Assembly (NCBI RefSeq): GCF_008039615.1
Contig: NZ_VDUZ01000001.1
Span: 156,834 to 180,833, forward strand
Reading direction: 5' to 3'
Source: Vineibacter terrae
GTDB lineage: Bacteria > Pseudomonadota > Alphaproteobacteria > Reyranellales > Reyranellaceae
Length of the DNA: 24,000 bases
Below, in pieces: positions 9,982 to 16,542 of this stretch (position 1 is the stretch's first letter; each line of letters opens with the position of its first letter). A model generated the notes under the pieces. That model made no database searches. It was given only the letters and a program-made list of their open reading frames with translations, and was not told the DNA's origin. The translations under genes and the position numbers were made by a program.

Positions 9982-10014
9982 GGGCACGCCGCGCACAGCC
10001 GCGCGGCGTGTCCC
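9982..10014 (-). terminator. Stem-loop between the small secreted-protein gene and the MFS gene
   Basis: GGGCACGCCGCGC / GCGCGGCGTG(T)CCC forms a 13-bp stem with one bulge and a 6-nt loop. On the minus strand it is followed by GCUUUGGUGGAG, which contains the MFS SD. It could be a weak terminator or a 5'-UTR structure. Confidence 0.3.
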
Positions 10015-10126
10015 GAACTCTACGCCATGGCAGCCGCAGCGGCGAGCGCCGCGGCTGGCATGCATGGCAGGTTTGCCGCCGACAGCCGGTTCCGGCGTGG
10101 AACAGCCTCCGGCGCGCAAGGCCTTT

Positions 10127-10396
10127 TCAGAGCTTGTAGCCCAGCGAACGCAGCCTGCGTTCCAGCACGGCGAGGCCAGCCTGCGTGTTGCCACGGCGGC
10201 AATCCTCCACCGCCGTGCGCGCTTCGAGCGCACTGGCCACGCTGCCCTGGCGGCTTTCGCCACCGGTGTTGCTGTAACGCTCGTACGTTGCGTAGTAGCG
10301 CTCGCAACGCGCCAGGTCCTCGGCGGGCGTCTGCGCAATGGCCGGCATGCCGACCATCAACACCATGGCGGCAAGAACGATCGTGGCTGGCTTCAT
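10127..10396 (-). CDS. small secreted protein (89 aa, two conserved Cys), paralog 1; function unknown
   Basis: ORF track 10127..10486 trimmed to ATG 10396, giving the signal peptide MKPATIVLAAMVLMVGMPAIAQ. It is paralogous to 10583..10852. No clear SD, so the start is less certain. Confidence 0.6.
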   Translation of the reverse strand: MKPATIVLAAMVLMVGMPAIAQTPAEDLARCERYYATYERYSNTGGESRQGSVASALEARTAVEDCRRGNTQAGLAVLERRLRSLGYKL

Positions 10397-10446
10397 GGGT
10401 GGTGCTCTGGGATCCTCGGGTCCCTGCTCATATAGGCGCGCCGGCC

Positions 10447-10574
10447 GGGATGACAACTTGCGCGTGCGGCACGAACATGGTCGCAAGCTGTCATCCCGAG
10501 CGCAGCGAGGGATCTCCTGCGAGCGACGCGCGGTGCTCGATTCGCGGGAGATCCCTCGCTGCGCTCGGGATGAC
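10447..10574. repeat. Family-B palindromic element, copy 2, with an extra upstream half-site (compound element)
   Basis: Arms 10490-10517 and 10547-10574 are identical to copy 1, with a different 29-nt loop. Upstream, GGGATGACAACTTGCG (10447-10462) pairs with CGCAAGCTGTCATCCC (10482-10497) with one mismatch, and shares GTCATCCC with the main left arm. Confidence 0.85.
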
Positions 10575-10582
10575 GGCGCGCC

Positions 10583-10852
10583 CTACGCCGGCGGCACGTT
10601 GAAGCCGGTCTTGCGGATCGCCTCTTCCAGCAGGCCGACGCCGCGCACGAAATCACCCTTGCGGCATGCGTCGTATCCCAGCTCGCGCTCGATGCGCCCG
10701 ACCGGCATGCGGCCTTCGCTGACGCGGCTGCCGCCGTAGCGGTCGAAATAGGCGGCGAGCTGATCGCAGCGTTTCATGTCCTGCGCCTGGGCGATCGCCG
10801 GACCGAACGCGATCGCCGCCGCCAGCACCGCCCAAGCCCGATCGCGCGCCAT
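10583..10852 (-). CDS. small secreted protein (89 aa, two conserved Cys), paralog 2; function unknown
   Basis: ORF track 10583..10873 trimmed to ATG 10852, with GGAGG 5 nt upstream. The signal peptide is MARDRAWAVLAAAIAFGPAIAQA. It aligns with paralog 1 at RC, RY, C-R-x-G, G-x-x-x-LE and G-Y/F. Confidence 0.65.
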   Translation of the reverse strand: MARDRAWAVLAAAIAFGPAIAQAQDMKRCDQLAAYFDRYGGSRVSEGRMPVGRIERELGYDACRKGDFVRGVGLLEEAIRKTGFNVPPA

Positions 10853-11031
10853 GTCTTCCTCCGGTGCCCCCAACGGCCATGTCCGCCTTAATGGGCGCGG
10901 CGCCGCATATCCAATCGCTTTCCTTCAACTCTGCGTCACGCGCTGCGCGGCCCTCGTCGCGCGCAAAGCGCTGGACCTTGCGCGCAGCGTCCGACCATCA
11001 TGATGCCGCAACCTGCGACGGAGGGAATGGG

Positions 11032-12066
11032 ATGAAGCGCTGGACACGGCGGCCGGAAGGTTCGACCTGGGGCGATTGGGGCGAGGACGATCAGCTGGGG
11101 CGGCTCAACCTGCTGACACCGCAGAAGATCCTGCAAGGCATCGCCGAGGTGAAGGAAGGGCGCACCTTCTGCCTGAGCCTGCCGCTGGACCTGCCCGGCG
11201 GCAACGTGCTCAACCCGCGCCGCCTGCCGCCGGTGCTGTCCCCGACCGGGGATCCGAACGGCTGGCGCTTCAACTTCCTCACCGGCAAGCTCGACCCGCG
11301 CCATCTCGACGTCGTGTCCGACGACCGCGTGATGCTGACGCTGCAGTACTCGACGCAGTGGGACACTCTGGCGCATGTCGGCAGCCTGTTCGACGTCGAC
11401 GGCAGCGGCACGCCGGTGCCGGTCTACTACAACGGCTATCGCGCCGGCACCGACATCGTCGGCCCGCAGCCCGATGCCGGCGCCGATGGCTGCGGCCATC
11501 TCTGCTATGCCCACAAGCTCGGCGTCGAGAACATGGCCGAGAAGCCGATCCAGGGCCGCGCCGTGCTGGTCGACCTCGAGAAGCATCTCGGCCGCGGCCA
11601 CACCTTCGTCGACTACGACCAGCTCATGCGCATCATGGCGGCCGACGATGTCGTCGTCGAACCGGGCGACATGCTGCTGTTGCATACCGGCTTCGCCACC
11701 ATGCTGGTCGAGATGGGCGGCAAGCCCGACCCGCAGAAAGTGCATGCGATGTGCGCCGTCCTCGACGGCCGCGACCAGCGCCTGCTGCAATGGATCACCG
11801 ACAGCCAGATCGCGTCGCTGATCGCCGACAACTACGGCGTCGAGGCGGTGCCGGCCCGGGATGCCGGCACCGGCGAGCAGCCGATGCTGCCGATCCACCA
11901 CCACTGCCTGTTCAAGCTCGGCATCAATCTGGGCGAGATGTGGTATTTGCACGAGCTGGCACTTTGGCTGCGCGCCAACAAGCGCTCGCGCTTCCTGCTG
12001 ACGGCGCCGCCGCTGCGCCTGCCGGGCGCGGTCGGCTCCCCCGCCAACGCCATCGCCACGGTGTGA
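11032..12066 (+). CDS. cyclase-family protein (PF04199-like, kynurenine formamidase / isatin hydrolase superfamily)
   Basis: ORF track 10864..12066 trimmed to ATG 11032, with GGAGGG upstream. The N-terminal WGDWGEDDQLGRLNLLTP motif is typical of this family. I did not see the canonical HxGTHxD metal motif, so the family call is moderate. Confidence 0.65.
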   Translation: MKRWTRRPEGSTWGDWGEDDQLGRLNLLTPQKILQGIAEVKEGRTFCLSLPLDLPGGNVLNPRRLPPVLSPTGDPNGWRFNFLTGKLDPRHLDVVSDDRVMLTLQYSTQWDTLAHVGSLFDVDGSGTPVPVYYNGYRAGTDIVGPQPDAGADGCGHLCYAHKLGVENMAEKPIQGRAVLVDLEKHLGRGHTFVDYDQLMRIMAADDVVVEPGDMLLLHTGFATMLVEMGGKPDPQKVHAMCAVLDGRDQRLLQWITDSQIASLIADNYGVEAVPARDAGTGEQPMLPIHHHCLFKLGINLGEMWYLHELALWLRANKRSRFLLTAPPLRLPGAVGSPANAIATV

Positions 12067-12071
12067 GCGTT

Positions 12072-12180
12072 CTTTTGGACCGCGGGCGTCTGCGCCCGCA
12101 TTCGCTCGTAGCGGAGCGAAGAGCGAAGGACAGCCGGCGCTGACGCGCCGATGCACGCGTGGACGCGCGGTCCGAAAGGG
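12072..12180. repeat. Family-D palindromic element, copy 2 (inverted relative to copy 1, ~30-nt internal insertion)
   Basis: CTTTTGGACCGCGGGCGTC (12072-12090) pairs imperfectly with GACGCGCGGTCCGAAAG (12162-12178). The central hairpin CGGCGC-tgac-GCGCCG matches copy 1. There is an extra hairpin TTCGCTC-gtagcg-GAGCGAA. Confidence 0.7.
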
Positions 12181-12228
12181 CGAAATACCCTTGCAAGGCA
12201 GCGCGACACCCCTCATCTTGGGCTTGTC

Positions 12229-12564
12229 ATGCTGCTAGCGCACCACGCTTTGGCCCGTAACAAGGCCGCCCACCGGGCTTCGCCCAGCGGGCAGCTGTTC
12301 GTCGCCTGCGTGGTGGTGCTGATGCTGGTGAGCATCTTCAGCGAGACCTGGGAGATCGCCTCGCTCGAGGCCGACGTGCTGGCCAGCGACATCGCGCTCG
12401 AGTTCCTGGGCTCGCTCGGCCTGCGGCACTGGAACCTGATCGAGCTGATCCTGGCCGGTGGCGTGCTGGCGCTGGCGCTCTCGACCCTGGCCACCATCGG
12501 CGTGCTGATCGTCAAGGCCATGACCCCGGCCGACCGCCGCCGCGCCGACAAGGTGCCCATCTAG
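12229..12564 (+). CDS. small integral membrane protein, function unknown
   Basis: High third-position GC throughout and two clear hydrophobic helices (LFVACVVVLMLVSIF, LILAGGVLALALSTLATIGVLIV). The ORF-track start at 12151 lies inside the repeat. I prefer ATG 12229, but there is no good SD and the start is uncertain. Confidence 0.5.
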   Translation: MLLAHHALARNKAAHRASPSGQLFVACVVVLMLVSIFSETWEIASLEADVLASDIALEFLGSLGLRHWNLIELILAGGVLALALSTLATIGVLIVKAMTPADRRRADKVPI

Positions 12565-12639
12565 CTCCTGCGAACCGTTCCGTCTGCTGCGCCGCCGCTG
12601 CAACGCGCGCGGCCCGTCTCGTTCGCAAGGGGCTATCCC

Positions 12640-13536
12640 ATGGAAATGGATATTCTGTCCGGCACATTCCTGTCGGCTCTGCTCGTCATCGTCCTCATCG
12701 ACCTGGTCCTCGCCGGCGACAACGCGCTGGTGATCGGGCTCGTCGCCCGCCACCTGCCCAAGGACAGGCAGCGCAAGGTGATCTTCTGGGGCACCTTCGC
12801 CGCCATCGCGGTGCGGGCCGCCATGGCCATCGGCGTCGTCTGGCTGCTGAAGATCCCGGGCTTCCTCGTCATCGGCGGCCTGGCGCTGGTGTGGATCGCA
12901 CGCAAGCTGCTCGATCCGCAGGAAGGCGGTGGCGGCCACGACGTCGCGGCTGCCCAGACCATGGCCGGCGCCATCCGCACGGTGGTGATCGCCGACGCCG
13001 TGATGGGTATCGACAACGTGCTGGCGATCGGTGGCGCGGCGCATGGCAGCATGCTGCTGATCGTGCTTGGCCTGCTGATCAGCGTGCCGATCATCGTCTG
13101 GGGCAGCCAGCTGGTGATCAAGCTGGTCGAGCGCTGGCCGGCCGTCGTGCTGCTGGGCGGCGCCGTGCTGGCGTGGACCGCCTACGGCATGATCGCGCAG
13201 GAGAAGCTGCTGCAGCCTTGGTTCGCCGCGCACGGCACCGCCAAGCCGATCCTGGCGACGCTGATCTTCGCCGTGGCGCTGGCGCCCTGGTACGCCACCC
13301 ATCTGCGGCCCAAGCACCGGCCGCTGACCGTGCTGCTGCCCGGCCTGCTGCTGTGGCTGCTGGCCTTCGAGGTGGCCGAGGAAGTCTGGCATTTCGAGGT
13401 CGACTACCTCGAGGCCAGCAGCCTGCGCGACTACGCCATCCAGGCGCTGCGCTGGTTCGGCTGGCTGCCGCTGGCCCTGGCCTACCTGGCATGGCGCGGA
13501 CGCGGGACCGCGGCCACCGCGGCTGCGCAGCGCTGA
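12640..13536 (+). CDS. TerC/YjbE-family integral membrane protein
   Basis: The LAGDNALVIG and MGIDNVLAIGG motifs are the duplicated TerC-family signature. 298 aa, polytopic. Confidence 0.85.
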   Translation: MEMDILSGTFLSALLVIVLIDLVLAGDNALVIGLVARHLPKDRQRKVIFWGTFAAIAVRAAMAIGVVWLLKIPGFLVIGGLALVWIARKLLDPQEGGGGHDVAAAQTMAGAIRTVVIADAVMGIDNVLAIGGAAHGSMLLIVLGLLISVPIIVWGSQLVIKLVERWPAVVLLGGAVLAWTAYGMIAQEKLLQPWFAAHGTAKPILATLIFAVALAPWYATHLRPKHRPLTVLLPGLLLWLLAFEVAEEVWHFEVDYLEASSLRDYAIQALRWFGWLPLALAYLAWRGRGTAATAAAQR

Positions 13537-13542
13537 TCTCCT

Positions 13543-14305
13543 CACCTCTCCCGCAGGCGGGAGAGGTCGACGGGCGCGCAAGCGGCCGGCAGGTGAGGGC
13601 CTCAGCACGAGGCGCCTCGTCCTGGGCCCCTCACCTTCCCATCGCTGCGCGATGGGCCCCTTCCTCTCCCGCCAAGCGGGAGAGGAGCAAGGGTCTTCAC
13701 CTCTCCCGCGGGCGGGAGAGGTCGACGGGCGCGCAAGCGGCCGGCGGGTGAGGGCCTCAGCACGGGGCGCCTCGTCCTGGGCCCCTCACCTTCCCATCGC
13801 TGCGCGATGGGCCCCTTCCTCTCCCGCCAAGCGGGAGAGGAGCAGGGTCTTTACCTCTCCCGCGGGCGGGAGAGGTCGACGGGCGCGCAAGCGGCCGGCG
13901 GGTGAGGGCTTCAGCACGAGGCGCCTCGTCCTGGGACCCTCACCTTCCCATCGCGTAGCGATGGGCCCCTTCCTCTCCCGCCAAGCGGGAGAGGAGCAGG
14001 GTCTTCACCTCTCCCGCAGGCGGGAGAGGTCGACGGGCGCGCAAGCGGCCGGCGGGTGAGGGCTTCAGCACGAGGCGCCTCGTCCTGGGACCCTCACCTT
14101 CCCATCGCTGCGCGATGGCCCCCTTCCCCTCCCGCCAAGCGGGAGAGGAGCAAGGGTCTTCACCTCTCCCGCGGGCGGGAGAGGTCGACGGGCGCGCAAG
14201 CGGCCGGCGGGTGAGGGCCTCAGCACGAGGCGCCTCGTCCTGGGCCCCTCACCTTCCCATCGCGTAGCGATGGGCCCCTTCCTCTCCCGCCAAGCGGGAG
14301 AGGAG
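13543..14305. repeat. Tandem array: 4.9 head-to-tail copies of a ~155-nt four-hairpin module
   Basis: Units start at 13543, 13698, 13852, 14006 and 14161. Lengths are 155, 154, 154 and 155 nt, and the last unit is truncated at 145 nt. Units are contiguous with no unique spacers. Each has the same four stem-loops. Differences between units are a handful of substitutions and 1-nt indels. Confidence 0.95.
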
Positions 14306-14320
14306 ATCATGCGTTCGTCT

Positions 14321-14405
14321 GGTCGGGCCGCGGCACTCCAGCGCCGCTCATGATCTTGAGCCAGCGCTGCGCGCCGGGGCGCCGCTGGAGCGGCGCGGCC
14401 CGACC
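14321..14405. other. Long interrupted hairpin just 3' of holC (candidate terminator / palindromic element)
   Basis: GGTCGGGCCGCG (14321-14332) pairs perfectly with CGCGGCCCGACC (14394-14405). CTCCAGCG (14336-14343) pairs with CGCTGGAG (14383-14390). There is no U-tract. Confidence 0.4.
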
Positions 14406-14410
14406 CAAGA

Positions 14411-14860
14411 TCATGCCTTCTTCTCCCAGCCGCCGCGCTCGCCCTGCTGCCAGTATTCGATGGCATGGCCGGCGGCCTTGTAGGCGGTCCAGCGTGCGCG
14501 CGCGTCGGCGACGGCCGCCTCGTCGCGGCCGTCGAAGATCTCCGACACGCGCTCGTAGTCGGCGACGCGCTCGCTCCGCGCACCGTCGGCGACGAACAGG
14601 TAGCTCGAGGCGTTGGGGTTCTCGTCCACATGCGTCAGCCAGATCGGATGGCGCGCGGCGTGGCCGTCGCGGGCGCTGCCATGCGGCAGGAAGCTGCCCG
14701 GATCGTAGGTCCACAGATGCGCGTTCAACGCCTCGACGCGCTCGGCCGAGCCCAGCAGCACCACGGCCCGCTTGCCGCGCTCCAGGGTCAGGTCGAGCAT
14801 GCGCGGCAGCACGTCCTCGAGGCTGCCGCGCATGAGATGATAGAAGCGGACCTCGCTCAC
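14411..14860 (-). CDS. holC: DNA polymerase III subunit chi
   Basis: This is the 3' part of ORF 14411..15121, starting at GTG 14860 (VSEVRFYHLMRGSLEDVLPRMLDLTLERGKRAVV...LWTYDPGSFLPHG). The start overlaps the pepA stop as GTGA (14857-14860). pepA-holC adjacency is the standard arrangement. Confidence 0.85.
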   Translation of the reverse strand: MSEVRFYHLMRGSLEDVLPRMLDLTLERGKRAVVLLGSAERVEALNAHLWTYDPGSFLPHGSARDGHAARHPIWLTHVDENPNASSYLFVADGARSERVADYERVSEIFDGRDEAAVADARARWTAYKAAGHAIEYWQQGERGGWEKKA

Positions 14861-16350
14861 CGCTCGTAGTGATCGGCCACGAACTGGTCGATCAGCCGCA
14901 CGCCGTAGGCGGTGGCACCCTTGGGCGTGGTGGCGTCGCCCTTGCTGCTCCAGGCCATGCCGGCGATGTCGATATGCGCCCACGGCCGGTTGCCCTGCAC
15001 GAAGCGCTTGAGGAACTGGGCCGCGGCGATCGAGCTGCCCTCGCGGCCGGCGCTGTTCACCATGTCGGCGACATCCGACTTGATGCTCTGGTCGTAGCCG
15101 TCGCCCAGCGGCATGCGCCACAGCTTCTCGCCGACCTTGGCGCCGGCATCGCGCAGCTGCGTCGCCAGCCGCGTGTCGTTGCTGAACAGCCCGGCGCGCT
15201 CATGGCCCAGGGCCACGACAATGGCGCCGGTCAGGGTCGAGAACTCGACCATCAGGCGGGGATCGAACTTCTGCTGCGCGTACCACATCACGTCGCACAG
15301 CACGAGGCGGCCCTCGGCATCGGTGTTGGTGATCTCGATGGTCTGGCCCGACATCGAGGTCACGATGTCGCCGGGACGCTGCGCGTTGCCGTCAGGCATG
15401 TTCTCGACCAGCCCGACCAGGCCGACGGCGTTGACGCGCGCCTTGCGTGCCGCCAGCAGACGCATGATGCCGATGACGGCGCCGGAGCCGGCCATGTCCC
15501 ACTTCATGTCGCCCATGCCGGCGGCCGGCTTGAGCGAGATGCCGCCAGTGTCGAAGCACACGCCCTTGCCGATGAACGACAGCGGCTTCTCGCCGCGGCG
15601 CCCGCCGTCCCAGCGCATCACCACCATCTGCGATTCGCGCCGGCTGCCCTGGCCGACACCCAGCAGCGCGTTCATGCCCTGGCGGCGCATCTGCGCCTCG
15701 CCCAGCACCTCGACCTTCAGGCCGAGCTTGGCCAGCTCTTTGGCGCGCTTGGCCAGGCTTTCGGGATGGATGACGTTGGGGGGCTCGCTCACCAGGTCGC
15801 GGGTCATGAACACCGCGTCGGCGACCGGCTCCAGCGCGGCGTAAAGCTTGCGCGCCGCCGCCGCGCCCGGCACGTGGAAGGTCACCGAGGCCACGGTCGG
15901 CTTTTGTTCCGGTTTCTCCTTGGTGCGGTACTTGTCGAAGCGGTAGGACCGCAGCTGCATGCCCAGCGCCACCCGCGCCGCCAGCTCGGCCGCCGGCAGC
16001 GGGCTGCCCGTGGGCGCATCGACCAGGACCGACAGCGCCTTCTGGCCGGCGCCGTTGGCATCCGCCAGCAGGACGCCGCCGATGCCTTCGGCGCTGCGGC
16101 GGGTGATCTCCTTGGCCGCGCCCAGGCCGGCGACGACGAGGCGGTCCGCGCTCAGGCCGTTGGGCGCCATCACCGCCAGGATCTGCCCCTTCTTGCCGGT
16201 GAAGCGGCTGGCGGCCATGGCCCGCTTGAGCGCGCCCTGCGTCGCCTTGTCCAGCGCCGCGCCGTACCCCAGCAAGGTCCGTTCCGGGGTTGCGAAGACC
16301 GCAACGCAGCCGGCCGGCGTCTTGGCGGGTTCGGCGAACACAATCCTCAT
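14857..16350 (-). CDS. pepA: leucyl aminopeptidase (M17)
   Basis: ORF track 14857..16527 trimmed to ATG 16350 (MRIVFAEPAKTPAG...), with GAGGAA upstream. M17 signature NTDAEGRLVLCD is present. Confidence 0.92.
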   Translation of the reverse strand: MRIVFAEPAKTPAGCVAVFATPERTLLGYGAALDKATQGALKRAMAASRFTGKKGQILAVMAPNGLSADRLVVAGLGAAKEITRRSAEGIGGVLLADANGAGQKALSVLVDAPTGSPLPAAELAARVALGMQLRSYRFDKYRTKEKPEQKPTVASVTFHVPGAAAARKLYAALEPVADAVFMTRDLVSEPPNVIHPESLAKRAKELAKLGLKVEVLGEAQMRRQGMNALLGVGQGSRRESQMVVMRWDGGRRGEKPLSFIGKGVCFDTGGISLKPAAGMGDMKWDMAGSGAVIGIMRLLAARKARVNAVGLVGLVENMPDGNAQRPGDIVTSMSGQTIEITNTDAEGRLVLCDVMWYAQQKFDPRLMVEFSTLTGAIVVALGHERAGLFSNDTRLATQLRDAGAKVGEKLWRMPLGDGYDQSIKSDVADMVNSAGREGSSIAAAQFLKRFVQGNRPWAHIDIAGMAWSSKGDATTPKGATAYGVRLIDQFVADHYER

Positions 16351-16464
16351 GACATTCCTCGCCTCAGAAACCTCTCGAAACCGAGCCACCTTGGCATGCG
16401 CATTTGTTGAAGAAAAGTGGCCGGCGGCGGCGAGTATCGCGATTTGGCCATGATTTCCAGATAT

Positions 16465-16494
16465 TTGCGCCAATGCGCGGGCGACCGCTATAAT
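16465..16494 (+). promoter_or_regulatory. sigma-70-like promoter candidate for surA operon (TTGCGC-N18-TATAAT)
   Basis: TTGCGC at 16465-16470 and TATAAT at 16489-16494, in an AT-enriched divergent gap ~50 nt upstream of the surA GTG. Motif match only. Confidence 0.35.
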
Positions 16495-16542
16495 GAATAA
16501 TCCTTTACCTGTCCCATCCTGAAACAAGACCGGAACCAGATC

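Noticed and set aside
12565-12639. Possible metal (yybP-ykoY-type) riboswitch upstream of the TerC-family gene
   Set aside because: There is only a 7-bp inverted repeat (TGCGAAC...GTTCGCA) around GC-rich filler. I could not recognise the conserved riboswitch core by eye, and the gap is short. An Infernal/Rfam scan would be needed to settle it.
13543-14305. Possible CRISPR array (regular ~155-nt periodicity with palindromic segments)
   Set aside because: The units are contiguous and homologous over their whole length, so there are no unique spacers between repeats. No cas genes or leader are in the window. The period is far larger than repeat-plus-spacer units with a conserved ~30-nt repeat only.
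13652-14631. ORF-track proteins crossing the tandem array (13652..14059 +, 14065..14631 -, 12891..13751 +)
   Set aside because: Units of 154-155 nt are not multiples of 3, so the frame shifts between units. The sequences are low-complexity Arg/Gly/Ala/Pro/Ser translations of GC-rich hairpins. The strong self-complementarity explains the open frames on both strands.
14411-15121. 236-aa ORF as a single protein
   Set aside because: Its N-terminal 87 codons overlap the pepA C-terminal coding region in another frame. Recognisable chi-subunit sequence begins at GTG 14860, which forms a GTGA overlap with the pepA stop.
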